Source: an uncultured Verrucomicrobia subdivision 3 bacterium
Lineage (GTDB): Bacteria; Verrucomicrobiota; Verrucomicrobiia; Limisphaerales; UBA11358
NCBI GenBank assembly: GCA_903884535.1
Contig: CAISEZ010000050.1
Coordinates: forward strand, 16,600-80,599
Length of the DNA: 64,000 nucleotides
Direction: 5' to 3'
Below, piece after piece: positions 42,008-51,491 of this stretch. The first letter of the stretch is position 1, and each line of letters opens with the position of its first letter. The translations under genes were made by a program, and so were the position numbers. A model generated the notes under the pieces. It searched no databases. It worked only from the letters and a program-made list of their open reading frames with translations, and was not told the origin of the DNA.

Positions 42008-43453
42008 ATGAGCAAGCTGTTGTTGATTGATGATGAAGCAGACGTGCGGTATTCCATCGAGCGGATTTTGGCTTCGCCGGATCTCGAGCTCGCCACCGCT
42101 GGCAGCGGTGAAGAAGGGCTGAAAGTTATTTCAAAATTCAAGCCCGACCTCGTGCTCATGGACGTGCGCATGGGCGGCATGACCGGTCTGGAAACGCTTC
42201 GCAAAATCCGCGCGACCGAGCCGAAGCTGCTCGTCATTTTGATGACCGCCTACGGCACGACGCAAACCGCGATCGAAGCGATGAAACTGGGCGCTTACGA
42301 TTATCTGCTCAAACCGTTCGACATTCCCAAGTTCAAGGAAATCGTCGGCAACGCGCTGAAAGCCGCGAACGACATGAAACAGGTCGTGTCGTATCAGCCG
42401 CTGCTCGAATCGGAAGATTACGAACTCGGCATTATCGGCCGCAGCGGCGCGATGCAGCAGGTGTTCAAGCTCATCGGCCAGGTCGCCGTCAGCGACGCGA
42501 CCGCGCTCGTCACCGGCGAAAGCGGCACCGGCAAGGAACTCGTCGCCCGCGCCATTTATCACCACAGCAACCGCAGCGCGCAGCCGTTTCTGGCGGTGAA
42601 CTGCGCCGCGATTCCCGAACAGCTTTTGGAAAGCGAATTGTTCGGCCACGAAAAAGGCTCGTTCACCGGCGCGACCGTCCAGCGCATCGGCAAATTCGAG
42701 CAATGCAACAAAGGCACGATTTTCCTGGACGAAATCGGCGACATGACGCCGACCACGCAGACGAAAATTCTTCGCGTGCTCCAAAACGGCACCTGCGAAC
42801 GCGTCGGCGGTAACTCGCCCATTCACGTGGACGTGCGCGTGATCGCCGCGACCAACAAGCCGCTCGAAGCCGCCGTCGCCGCCAAGCAATTCCGCGAAGA
42901 CCTGTTTTACCGGCTCAACGTCGTGCGCATCCACATCCCGCCGCTGCGCGACCGGCGCGACGACATTCCGCTGCTCGTGAATTATTTCATCGAGAAGCTC
43001 GCCCGCGAATTTCAGCGCCCGCCGAAATCCATCGCCGCCAGCGTCATCAAGGCACTCGAAAAATATCACTGGCCCGGTAATGTCCGCGAGCTGGAGAATG
43101 CCATCCGCCGCGCGCATGTCATGGCCAAGAGCGACGCGATTTTGTTAAGCGATCTGCCGCCGGAAATCTCCGGCCAAGGTGGCGGCGGCGCCCCGCCGCC
43201 ATCCGCCGTCGGCGTCGAGGGCGACGCCGCCACGACGGATGCCGCGGCGCTGGCCCGCCAGCTTTTCCAATGGGCCAAACGCGATCCGAAATTGAAAATC
43301 ATCCCCGCCGTCGAGCGCGAGCTGGTCATCCAGGCGCTCAAGGAGACAAACAATAACCAGGTGCACGCCGCCAAAATGCTCGGCATCACCCGCGCCACGC
43401 TGCGCAAACGCATTGATAAATTTGGTATTTTGCGCGAGTTGAATGTGAAGTGA
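42008..43453 (+). CDS. Sigma-54-dependent response regulator (NtrC family)
   Basis: Receiver (LLIDDE...[14 protein letters not shown]), AAA+ ([14 protein letters not shown] loop), C-terminal Fis-type HTH ([16 protein letters not shown]). No histidine kinase is adjacent. Confidence 0.9.
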   Translation: MSKLLLIDDEADVRYSIERILASPDLELATAGSGEEGLKVISKFKPDLVLMDVRMGGMTGLETLRKIRATEPKLLVILMTAYGTTQTAIEAMKLGAYDYLLKPFDIPKFKEIVGNALKAANDMKQVVSYQPLLESEDYELGIIGRSGAMQQVFKLIGQVAVSDATALVTGESGTGKELVARAIYHHSNRSAQPFLAVNCAAIPEQLLESELFGHEKGSFTGATVQRIGKFEQCNKGTIFLDEIGDMTPTTQTKILRVLQNGTCERVGGNSPIHVDVRVIAATNKPLEAAVAAKQFREDLFYRLNVVRIHIPPLRDRRDDIPLLVNYFIEKLAREFQRPPKSIAASVIKALEKYHWPGNVRELENAIRRAHVMAKSDAILLSDLPPEISGQGGGGAPPPSAVGVEGDAATTDAAALARQLFQWAKRDPKLKIIPAVERELVIQALKETNNNQVHAAKMLGITRATLRKRIDKFGILRELNVK

Positions 43454-43569
43454 GCCACTGCCCATCTCAATGTCGCATTCATTTTTCGATGCACTCGCTG
43501 CTAATGTCAGCAAGGTAAGTGGGGGTTACTCATGAGTTACTAGCCGTCCTTTAGAGCACCGAGCCAAAA

Positions 43570-43603
43570 TTGACTTGACGAAAATTTCAATTCTAATTAT
43601 CAA
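43570..43603 (+). promoter_or_regulatory. Candidate sigma70-type promoter for the AT-rich islet
   Basis: Overlapping ttgact/ttgacg (43570-43580) and, 17 nt after ttgacg, tatcaa (43598-43603). Consensus match only. Confidence 0.25.
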
Positions 43604-43612
43604 CCCTCGCAT

Positions 43613-44104
43613 ATGGGCTATAGTGCAGAACAAAAAGCGGAAATGATGCGTGTTTTTAAGTGCCTTAGCCCACTCGTATTCCCTGCCTTGGGTCTTATTA
43701 TCGGCATTTTTTTTGGCATGTTTTTACCAGGTGGAGCTTGGTGGGGGCTGGCTACAAAATTGCTAATGGCTTGTTACAGCTTGCTTGGATGGGCTGCTGG
43801 AGTATGTTTTATACAACAAAAACGACTTTACTGCGGCGCCACTCAGACGATGACTAGTGATGAACTTTCAACATATTCAAAAAGGTATGGCTTTGGCGGA
43901 TTCATTATTTTGTCGGGATTTTTATTGTCGACACTGGGCATTTTTGGGGCGGCAAACGCCAAATTATTGGGCATTTCGCCGATTTATGGGTTTCTGGTTT
44001 ACTTCTTGTGTTTACCAACTACATTTTCAATTCTGGTTGGCGAAATTGGATGGGAAGACCCGTTGAAATTTTTCAAGATGGCTTTAAGAATTGGAAAGAA
44101 ATGA
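43613..44104 (+). CDS. Hypothetical multi-TM membrane protein (islet gene 1)
   Basis: 163-aa ORF with 4-5 hydrophobic helices in an AT-rich region. No motif recognised. Confidence 0.6.
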   Translation: MGYSAEQKAEMMRVFKCLSPLVFPALGLIIGIFFGMFLPGGAWWGLATKLLMACYSLLGWAAGVCFIQQKRLYCGATQTMTSDELSTYSKRYGFGGFIILSGFLLSTLGIFGAANAKLLGISPIYGFLVYFLCLPTTFSILVGEIGWEDPLKFFKMALRIGKK

Positions 44105-44532
44105 AAACATCATCAAAAATTACAGCGATATTAGATATTGCTCTTCCAGCGGCATGGTTTGTCGCTTACTCGGGAGGTGGCGCATTCTTGTTGGCCAGAC
44201 AGGCAACATCAAACCCCGATCATGTTTCTCCCTATATTCCATTTGTAATTTTTTTATGGATCGCTGGTTTTTTTATTGGCCACCAAATAATCGAAACTTG
44301 CTATCTATTTTTAATCAAATTACACGACTCGAAGTTGCACGCTTTCCAGAATGCTTCGGTTTTGGACATTGATAATTTGCGAGTTGCGGGTTCCGACTCA
44401 TGCAACAACTTGCCTTCGGAACTTATAAATTATGCTTCTAAAAGCAATTACAATGTAAAAAAAGACACCAGTAAAATAGTTAGGTTTTTAAAGCCTAAAG
44501 GAAGCATTTACAAAGTCCCACTTCATTGCTGA
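44101..44532 (+). CDS. Hypothetical membrane protein (islet gene 2)
   Basis: ATG 44101 overlaps the previous stop as ATGA. Two or three TM helices, then a polar tail; 143 aa. Confidence 0.55.
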   Translation: MKTSSKITAILDIALPAAWFVAYSGGGAFLLARQATSNPDHVSPYIPFVIFLWIAGFFIGHQIIETCYLFLIKLHDSKLHAFQNASVLDIDNLRVAGSDSCNNLPSELINYASKSNYNVKKDTSKIVRFLKPKGSIYKVPLHC

Positions 44533-44558
44533 TGGTCCCCAACCCAGTGAGGTAATCT

Positions 44559-44885
44559 ATGCCTAAAACATTAACAATAGAGGAGTTGAAAGCATTAAAT
44601 CAGAAATTGGTTCATGCTTACGATTCCATGAATGCAAAGCACGCATTCAAGCTGAAACAGCTCGTCCGTTGGAAACAAGGGTTGAAAAACAAGGGACTAC
44701 CGGAGTATAACGAGCCGGCAATTGTCTGGGAGATTCTGGATGCCCCTCGGTTTGATAATGAGCACGGAGCCGGCACTCCATACTTTCACGAACCTCTAGA
44801 TATAATTTTGGCCGTGATGGATGAAGATGATGATTTTGTTTTGTTTCATTTTGACAGCCGAAGATTTGAGCCAATTTCAGAATAA
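44559..44885 (+). CDS. Hypothetical small acidic soluble protein (islet gene 3)
   Basis: 108-aa ORF 26 nt after gene 2. No motif recognised. Confidence 0.55.
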   Translation: MPKTLTIEELKALNQKLVHAYDSMNAKHAFKLKQLVRWKQGLKNKGLPEYNEPAIVWEILDAPRFDNEHGAGTPYFHEPLDIILAVMDEDDDFVLFHFDSRRFEPISE

Positions 44886-45019
44886 GTTTTTCGGTTTGGC
44901 TTAAGCAATCATAGTCAAATCATTCCCTCCCTAGCCTTATTATAATGGGTTTTCATTGGTTTTCTGAGTTTTCTTATATTTAAAAATTCAAACTGGCCAC
45001 TATCAGCTCGAAGCCCGTC

Positions 45020-45047
45020 TTGACACAAAGCGTTTCATGGCTATCCT
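45020..45047 (+). promoter_or_regulatory. Candidate rpmH promoter
   Basis: ttgaca (45020-45025), 16-nt spacer, tatcct (45042-45047), about 40 nt upstream of the rpmH ATG. Confidence 0.3.
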
Positions 45048-45086
45048 CTCAAACTCCGGTTTTTGCGCCGGGAACCATTTTAATTT

Positions 45087-45224
45087 ATGAAACGCCAGTA
45101 TCAACCGTCGAAGATCCGCCGTAAACGCCAGCACGGATTCCTGAACCGCAATTCCACCAAGAGCGGCAAGGCCACGCTGGCCAACCGCCGCCGCAACGGT
45201 CGCAAGCGCCTCACGCCGGTTTGA
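45087..45224 (+). CDS. rpmH: 50S ribosomal protein L34
   Basis: Hand translation gives [45 protein letters not shown]. Below the ORF-track size cutoff. Confidence 0.95.
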   Translation: MKRQYQPSKIRRKRQHGFLNRNSTKSGKATLANRRRNGRKRLTPV

Positions 45225-45228
45225 TGTC

Positions 45229-45600
45229 GTGAACGCCGCGCCGTCGAAACGCCTGCGTCTGGGCCGCTCGTCGCGCCTGACGCAAAGCCGCGATTTCGCG
45301 CGTGTGCGTCTGCAGGGCCAGCGCCTCGCGCTCGGCTGTCTCATCGCGAATTGGCACAAACTGGCCGACGGTTCCGCGCCGAAGCTCGGCGTGGTCACCA
45401 GCAAAAAAATCGGCGGCGCCGTCCAGCGCAACCGCGCCCGGCGGCTGCTCCGCGAAAGTTTCCGGCAGCACCAGCATGAATTCGCCGAGCCGGTGGAACT
45501 GGTTTTGGTGGCGCGCAACTCGATTGCCGGCCGGAGTTTTGCCGAAGTGGAAAAGGATTTTTTGGCCGCCTTGCGCCGCGCGCGATTGCTCAAGAACTGA
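45229..45600 (+). CDS. rnpA: Ribonuclease P protein component
   Basis: Follows rpmH. Contains RLTQSRDFARV and KKIGGAVQRNRARRLLRE (RNR motif); GTG start. Confidence 0.9.
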   Translation: MNAAPSKRLRLGRSSRLTQSRDFARVRLQGQRLALGCLIANWHKLADGSAPKLGVVTSKKIGGAVQRNRARRLLRESFRQHQHEFAEPVELVLVARNSIAGRSFAEVEKDFLAALRRARLLKN

Positions 45601-45603
45601 ACC

Positions 45604-45891
45604 GTGAATCCGCTCCAGCACATTTTGATTTTGGCCGTCCGCGCGTATCGCTGGACGATTTCGCCCGCGCAGGTTTTTCTGTTTGGCAGCACCGGCGGCT
45701 GCCGTTTCACGCCAACGTGCTCGGTTTATGCGGTGGACGCAATTCAGCAACGCGGCGCTTTGACCGGAACGGTTTTGGCGGCGAAACGGATTTGCCGCTG
45801 TCATCCGTGGGGCGGCTGCGGGCACGATCCCGTGCCGGAAAGCGGAAAGGGAAAAGTGGAAACTCAATTGGTTTTGGGGAGCTCAATTTAA
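45604..45891 (+). CDS. yidD: Membrane protein insertion efficiency factor YidD
   Basis: CRFTPTCSVYA and CHPWGGCGHDPVP blocks. Confidence 0.9.
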   Translation: MNPLQHILILAVRAYRWTISPAQVFLFGSTGGCRFTPTCSVYAVDAIQQRGALTGTVLAAKRICRCHPWGGCGHDPVPESGKGKVETQLVLGSSI

Positions 45892-45896
45892 TTTTC

Positions 45897-47690
45897 ATGG
45901 ATAAAACAGGAATCATCGTTGTTTCACTATGCGTGCTGCTGCTCGGCTGGTGGTTTGTGGAGCAAAATAAAATCGCGCAGCAACAGGCGCATTTTAACGC
46001 CACCAACATCGTCGCGGTTGCGCAAAATCAGCTGACCAATGCGGCGTCGCCCGCCTACGTCGCGCCGGTCATCACCGCGCCGGCCATCACCTTCAACACC
46101 AATCTGGCGGAACAAACGCTGACGCTGACGAACGGCCGGGCGCGCTACACCTTCACGTCGCGCGGCGGCGGCTTGAAGCTGGTCGAGCTGCTGGATTATC
46201 CGCAGACGATTTCGCAGCGCTGGAAAAAAACCAAGACGGTCAGCGATTCCGTGGCGTCGTTGAACACGCGGGCGCCACTGCCGATGCTGGCGGTCGGCGG
46301 CGACGCCAAGCTGGCGGGCGACGGCATTTTCACTTTGACGCCGATTGCCGGCGGCATCCGCGCGGAAAAATCCTTGGCCGACGGGTTGCGGCTGGTGAAG
46401 GATTTTACCTTCAGTTCCAATTTTCTGGTGAACGCCAGCGTGCGGTTTGAAAACACTTCCGGCCAGCCGCTCGCGCTGCCGGCGCAGGAATTGATCGTCG
46501 GCACCGCCACGCCGATGGACGTGGACGACACCAGCTTGACGACCGGCATGATGTGGTCGGACGGCACCAGCGCCAAAGACCAGCCGGTCACCTGGTTTTC
46601 CGGTGCGGGCTTTGGGTGCATGAAAGGCGCGCCGCGCACGGAATCGTTGGCCGGCTCGAACAATGTCGTCTGGGCGGCGGCGCACAACCAGTTTTTCACC
46701 ATCCTCGCCATGCCGCAAAAACCGGCGGCGCAGGTGCTCGCGCGGCCGGTCACACTGCCGGCTTTTCCGAATGTGGAACAAACTGCGAGCACGGTGTTGC
46801 CGCGCGGCGTGGAAACGGCGCTGGTTTTTCCGGCGCAAACATTGACAGCGAATTCCTCAGTGGAACGTCAAATCGTTTTGTTCGCCGGGCCGAAGGAATA
46901 TCGCACGCTGGCGGACATCGGCGCGCAGTTCAAAAATCGCGCGGACGACGTGATGGGCTTCGGCGGCTGGCTCGGCTTCTGCGCCAAGCCGCTGCTGATT
47001 GCGATGAATACGGTGCATGACGTGACGACGCTCGGCTACGGCTGGGTCATCGTGCTGATCACCATATTGATCAAAGTGATTTTCTGGCCGCTGACGGCGG
47101 CGAGCACGCGTTCGATGAAACGGATGCAGGCGCTCGCGCCGGAGCTGAAGTTGTTGCAGGAAAAATACAAGGACGACGTGCAGAAGCTCACCAAGAAACA
47201 ATGGGAGCTATACAAATTGCATAAGGTGAATCCGATGAGCGGCTGTTTGCCGATGCTCATCCAGATGCCCGTTTTCATTGGATTTTTCACGATGATCCGC
47301 AGCGCGATTGAACTGCGCGGCGCGCATTTTCTCTGGGTCACGGATTTGTCCAAGCCGGACACGCTGTTCATGATTCCGGGGCTGGATTATCCGTTCAACC
47401 TGTTGCCGCTGCTGATGGGTGTCTCGATGTTGTGGCAGTCGCACCTGACGCCGCCGTCGCCGGGCATGGACGCGTCGCAGGCGAAAATGATGCGCTACAT
47501 GCCGCTGATTTTCCTGGTGTTCCTCTACAATTATTCGGCCGGTCTGGCGCTTTACTGGACGGTAAACAATTTGCTGACAGTGCTGCAGACCAAGCTAACG
47601 CGCAATCTGAAAGACCCGGCGGCGGCAGTGGTGGTCACGGGGCCGGCGACAAATCCGGCATTGACGCCGCTGTCAAAAAAGAAAAAATAA
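45897..47690 (+). CDS. yidC: Membrane protein insertase YidC
   Basis: N-terminal TM, large periplasmic domain, conserved core (WVIVLITILIKVIFWPLT, MKRMQALAPELKLLQEKYKDD, GCLPMLIQMPVFIGFF). ATG 45897 chosen; the track start overlaps yidD. Confidence 0.9.
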   Translation: MDKTGIIVVSLCVLLLGWWFVEQNKIAQQQAHFNATNIVAVAQNQLTNAASPAYVAPVITAPAITFNTNLAEQTLTLTNGRARYTFTSRGGGLKLVELLDYPQTISQRWKKTKTVSDSVASLNTRAPLPMLAVGGDAKLAGDGIFTLTPIAGGIRAEKSLADGLRLVKDFTFSSNFLVNASVRFENTSGQPLALPAQELIVGTATPMDVDDTSLTTGMMWSDGTSAKDQPVTWFSGAGFGCMKGAPRTESLAGSNNVVWAAAHNQFFTILAMPQKPAAQVLARPVTLPAFPNVEQTASTVLPRGVETALVFPAQTLTANSSVERQIVLFAGPKEYRTLADIGAQFKNRADDVMGFGGWLGFCAKPLLIAMNTVHDVTTLGYGWVIVLITILIKVIFWPLTAASTRSMKRMQALAPELKLLQEKYKDDVQKLTKKQWELYKLHKVNPMSGCLPMLIQMPVFIGFFTMIRSAIELRGAHFLWVTDLSKPDTLFMIPGLDYPFNLLPLLMGVSMLWQSHLTPPSPGMDASQAKMMRYMPLIFLVFLYNYSAGLALYWTVNNLLTVLQTKLTRNLKDPAAAVVVTGPATNPALTPLSKKKK

Positions 47691-47749
47691 CGGCGAAACG
47701 AAACGGCAATACTGTGCCGTTGTTTATTAATTTTTGAATTTTAATTCTT

Positions 47750-48199
47750 ATGCCCGCGCAACCGAAAGTCATCGTTGAAACCATCCTGACCTCGCTCGGC
47801 TTCGCCGTGACGGTCGAAGAGCAGAAATTTGACGACGGCGTCATGCTTGATGTGAAGACCGAAGATTCTGGCCGATTGATCGGCCGACAGGGCCAGACGC
47901 TCGCGGATTTGCAATACATCACGAACCGCATTTTGTTCCAGCAGGATCCGACCTCACCCAAAGTGATGGTGGATGTCGGCGGCTACCGCGCCCAATCGCG
48001 CGAAGCGCTGGTCAAGAAGGCCAAGGAAGCCGCCGAAAAAGTCCGCCGCTGGGGCGAATCGGTGGAACTCGAGCCGTTGAGCGCCTTCGACCGGCGCATC
48101 ATCCATCACGCCTTGAAAGATGACCCCGACATCGAAACGCAAAGCATTGAAGTGGACGGCACGGAGAAAAAAGTTTTGCTGTTGCGTCCGAAACACTGA
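47750..48199 (+). CDS. jag: Jag-family RNA-binding protein (KH + R3H)
   Basis: LIGRQGQTLADLQYI (KH GxxG) and RRIIHHAL (R3H), in the conserved position after yidC. Confidence 0.85.
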   Translation: MPAQPKVIVETILTSLGFAVTVEEQKFDDGVMLDVKTEDSGRLIGRQGQTLADLQYITNRILFQQDPTSPKVMVDVGGYRAQSREALVKKAKEAAEKVRRWGESVELEPLSAFDRRIIHHALKDDPDIETQSIEVDGTEKKVLLLRPKH

Positions 48200-48214
48200 A
48201 CCGGATTTCGACCA

Positions 48215-48252
48215 ATAAAAAAGCGCGGACAAAGTTGTCCGCGCTTTTTTTG
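48215..48252. terminator. Bidirectional rho-independent terminator
   Basis: aaaaaagcgcggac-aaagtt-gtccgcgcttttttt between convergent jag and the lipoprotein gene. Confidence 0.85.
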
Positions 48253-48263
48253 CAAATGATTTA

Positions 48264-48641
48264 TCAGTCGGTGACCTTCAAAGTGAAAATCTTGGACGCC
48301 ACGCTGCTCGGCTTGGGCGTGGAACCGAAGCTGTTGTAGAGAAAATCAAATTTGAAGCGGTAATTTGCGGCGTTGGCCGTCGGCGGCACGGGCACGAGGC
48401 CTTCCCAGCGGTTGCCCACCAGCGGCACCGGCCGCATCGGGAACGGCTGTCCATTGACCAGAACGTAAGGCTGGATGCTCTCCCAGCGGAGCGACTGCTG
48501 CTGCGAATTGAAAGCGACTTCAACGGGATAAAGATTGTTGGCGTTGCGCGGCTGCTGGTTCGGCGTCAGGCGCGTGAACGTCGTGGTAGTGCAGCCGGCA
48601 AGCAGCACGACGGGCAGGAGCATCAAAAATTTCTTCAACAT
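48264..48641 (-). CDS. Lipoprotein, unknown function
   Basis: MLKKFLMLLPVVLLAGC lipobox from ATG 48641; 125 aa. Confidence 0.65.
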   Translation of the reverse strand: MLKKFLMLLPVVLLAGCTTTTFTRLTPNQQPRNANNLYPVEVAFNSQQQSLRWESIQPYVLVNGQPFPMRPVPLVGNRWEGLVPVPPTANAANYRFKFDFLYNSFGSTPKPSSVASKIFTLKVTD

Positions 48642-48730
48642 AAGCACGCAATCATCGCAGAAAATCAGCCGGTTTGTAAAGTTGGATTTCCGCGCTTGAA
48701 CGCTCGTTTCATTTCGGCAATCCTCGCAGC

Positions 48731-50500
48731 ATGAGTTCCCCGAATCCATCCGTGCCGCTGAAAAGTAATTTCCGCTGGGTCATCTGCGCGCTGCTGTTTT
48801 TCTCCACGACCGTCAACTACATGGACCGGCAGGTCATCAGCTACCTGAAAGATTATTTCTGCACGGCGCCGGAACTCGGTGGCTTCGGCTGGTCGAACAC
48901 GGACTTTTCGCATTTGACCGCGTTCTTCACCGGCTTTTACGCGGGCATGACGATTCTCGCCGGCTGGGTCATTGACAAGATCGGCACCAAAATGGGTCTC
49001 GCACTCTCGCTCATCGTCTGGTCGGTGTTCGGCATCGCGAACGCATTTGTCGGCCGCCTGGTGATGATGCACGTCGCGGTGCGCAGCGCATTCGGCATCG
49101 GCGAAGCCGGCAATTTTCCGGCCTCCATCAAAACCGTGGCCGAGTGGTTTCCCAAACGCGAACGCGCGCTGGCCACCGGTATTTTCAATAGCGGTTCCAA
49201 TTTCGGCGCGATGATCGCCGCGCTTTTCGTGCCGTGGTGCCTCGTTTATTTTGGCAATGAAAAAGGCTGGAAGATGGCGTTCATACTTACCGGTGCCGTC
49301 GGTTTCATTTGGCTGATTTTCTGGTTCTGGCTTTACGACACGCCGGGCAACAGTAAACGGCTGTCAAAAGCGGAATACGATTACATCCACAGCGACCGAG
49401 ACGAGGCCAAGCCCGTGCAAGACGGTGACAAATCGGGCAAAAAAGTTGGCGCCAATCTTTTTTCCTTCGCCGGCCGCCTGCCGCGCTCCGCGTTTTGGGG
49501 GATGACCATCATGATTCACATCTTGTGCGTTTTCATTTATTTCATCACCGCGAAAATTGTCGGACCGAATGTGCTGACGAACAAACCTTCACTGATCTTT
49601 TTCGCCACGGCGGTGGCGGTGGCGCTGGCGGCCAGTCTGGCGTTGCATGTCCGGCGCTGGCATGACCTGAACAAATCCGGCTGGCTGGCATTGACCTATC
49701 TCATTCCCGTCGCCGTAGGATTTATTTCGGTAATCGTTCTCGGGTTTGAAAATCATATTTATCTCGTCGCCGTCGCGGTGGCGCTCGTTGCCATGATCGT
49801 AGCCGGATTCAGTTCCGGCGTTGCCGCGCCGAACCAGTTCGGCGACGTCGGCAAGCCTGGCTTGCTCGGCCATCGCCAAACATGGTCCTTCTTCGTCGGC
49901 AAATTGATGACCGACGGCGTCTGGTGGTTTTATCTGTTCTGGCTGCCGGATTATCTGGTGAAACAATTCCACATGAAAATCCACGACACGATGTGGCCGA
50001 CATTCATTGTTTACGGCATCTCCATCATCGGCAGCGTCTATGGCGGCAGCATTCCGATGACGCTGATGAAGCGCGGCATGCCGGTTTATCAAGCCCGCAT
50101 GACGGCCATGTTTCTGATCGCGTTGTGTCCGCTGGCGGTGCTCTCCACGCAGTATTTTGGCGACATCAGCCATTTCGGCGACATGGCAAAAATTTATGCC
50201 GTCGCCGTCATCTGCATCGGCGCGGCGGCGCACCAAGCTTGGTCGGCGAATCTGTTCACGACCGTTTCCGACATGTTTCCGAAAACTTCCGTCGGCTCCG
50301 TCACCGGCATTGGCGCTATGGCCGGTGGCCTCGGCGGCGTCATCGTGCAATTGATCGCTGGCACACTCACCGACAAATACAAAGCCACGCCGCAGACCGC
50401 CTACCTCATCATGTTCGCCATCTGCGCCCTGAGCTATTTGATCGCGTGGAGCGGAATGAAAATGCTGGTGCCGCGCCACAAGCCGATCACCGATCTGTAA
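48731..50500 (+). CDS. MFS transporter (hexuronate/ExuT-like) with a DUF805-like 4-TM module inserted in the central loop
   Basis: ExuT-like blocks: TVNYMDRQVISYL, FGIGEAGNFPASIKTVAEWFPKRERA, HRQTWSFFVGKLMTDGVWWFYLFWLPDYL. Residues about 240-372 read FSFAGRLPRSAFW...VRRWHDLNKSGWLAL...APNQFGD, which is the DUF805 signature. Confidence 0.8.
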   Translation: MSSPNPSVPLKSNFRWVICALLFFSTTVNYMDRQVISYLKDYFCTAPELGGFGWSNTDFSHLTAFFTGFYAGMTILAGWVIDKIGTKMGLALSLIVWSVFGIANAFVGRLVMMHVAVRSAFGIGEAGNFPASIKTVAEWFPKRERALATGIFNSGSNFGAMIAALFVPWCLVYFGNEKGWKMAFILTGAVGFIWLIFWFWLYDTPGNSKRLSKAEYDYIHSDRDEAKPVQDGDKSGKKVGANLFSFAGRLPRSAFWGMTIMIHILCVFIYFITAKIVGPNVLTNKPSLIFFATAVAVALAASLALHVRRWHDLNKSGWLALTYLIPVAVGFISVIVLGFENHIYLVAVAVALVAMIVAGFSSGVAAPNQFGDVGKPGLLGHRQTWSFFVGKLMTDGVWWFYLFWLPDYLVKQFHMKIHDTMWPTFIVYGISIIGSVYGGSIPMTLMKRGMPVYQARMTAMFLIALCPLAVLSTQYFGDISHFGDMAKIYAVAVICIGAAAHQAWSANLFTTVSDMFPKTSVGSVTGIGAMAGGLGGVIVQLIAGTLTDKYKATPQTAYLIMFAICALSYLIAWSGMKMLVPRHKPITDL

Positions 50501-50512
50501 CGTTTCTGCCAA

Positions 50513-50553
50513 TAAAAAAAGCCCGTTGAAGTTGAAACTTCAACGGGCTTTTG
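50513..50553. terminator. Bidirectional rho-independent terminator
   Basis: aaaaaaagcccgttgaagt-tgaa-acttcaacgggctttt between convergent genes. Confidence 0.85.
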
Positions 50554-50568
50554 TCTTAAAACTGCAAA

Positions 50569-51384
50569 TCAAATCGTCTGGCTTAAATAACCGCCGTCCA
50601 CCCGGATGTCCGTGCCCGTGACAAACGAACTCGCCCCGTGCGACGCGAGAAAAATGCACGCGCCGATGAGTTCCTTGGATTCGCCGAAACGATTCATCGG
50701 CGTGTGTCCCCAGATCGCCTTCGTGCGAGCCGTGGGCGAGCCGTCGTCGTTGAAAAGCAACTTGCGATTCTGTTCCGCCGGAAAAAATCCGGGGGTAATG
50801 GTGTTCACGCGCACGCCTTTGGTGGCCCATTCGCGGGCGAGGAACTGCGAGAGGTTCAGCACCGCCGCCTTCGCCGCCGAGTAGCTCATCACCCGCGACA
50901 GCGGCAGGTGTGCCGACACGCTCGCGATATTGATGATGCTGCCCTTGCCGCGCGCACACATGCCCGGACCAAATTCCTGGCAGGGCAAAAACGCGCCGCC
51001 GATGTAATTCAAATCCAGATTCGCGTTGAGTGCTTCGAGCGAAATTTTCTCGAATGGATTTTCCGCCGTGACCGTGACTTTCGGATCATTGCCGCCGGCG
51101 GCGTTCACGAGAATCGTCGGCGCACCGAGCGCAGCTTCAATTTTCTTGTGCGCCTCCGCAAGGCTCGCTCGCGAACTGGCGTCGCAGGTAAAAAACGCCG
51201 CATTGCCGCCGGCATCTTTGATTGCCTTGACGCGTGCGTTGCCGCGGTCTTCGTTTCGGCCCAGCACGGCGATCTTCGCGCCGGCCGCCGCAAGGCCATC
51301 AGCCAACGCGCCGCCCAGGACGCCCGTTGCGCCGATGACCACAGCGACCTCGCCTTTGAGTGAAAAGATTTCAGATGTATTCAT
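50569..51384 (-). CDS. SDR-family oxidoreductase (sugar-acid type, UxuB/KduD-like)
   Basis: VVIGATGVLGGALA, MSYSAAKAA (YxxxK); sugar-acid gene context. Confidence 0.75.
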   Translation of the reverse strand: MNTSEIFSLKGEVAVVIGATGVLGGALADGLAAAGAKIAVLGRNEDRGNARVKAIKDAGGNAAFFTCDASSRASLAEAHKKIEAALGAPTILVNAAGGNDPKVTVTAENPFEKISLEALNANLDLNYIGGAFLPCQEFGPGMCARGKGSIINIASVSAHLPLSRVMSYSAAKAAVLNLSQFLAREWATKGVRVNTITPGFFPAEQNRKLLFNDDGSPTARTKAIWGHTPMNRFGESKELIGACIFLASHGASSFVTGTDIRVDGGYLSQTI

Positions 51385-51410
51385 AATTTTGTTCGTTGCA
51401 ATTAAATTGA

Positions 51411-51489
51411 GCCACAGATTTTCACAAATGAAACACAGATAAAAAACTTTGTTCGGAAAATTTGTGTTTCATCTGTGCCCATCTGTGGC
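51411..51489. repeat. Palindromic intergenic element (cacagat word family), copy 2
   Basis: gccacagattttcacaaatgaaacacagat (51411-51440) pairs with atttgtgtttcatctgtgcccatctgtggc (51460-51489). Arms are near-identical to copy 1 at 31904-32007. Confidence 0.8.
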
Positions 51490-51491
51490 CT

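Noticed and set aside
44886-45086. oriC upstream of rpmH.
   Set aside because: The region is AT-rich, but I found no TTATCCACA-type DnaA boxes or their complements, and dnaA is not adjacent. The AT-richness continues into the ORFan islet and looks compositional rather than origin-like.
45003-45867. 235-aa and 218-aa minus-strand ORFs across 45003-45867.
   Set aside because: They are antisense to rpmH, rnpA and yidD, whose products are unmistakable.
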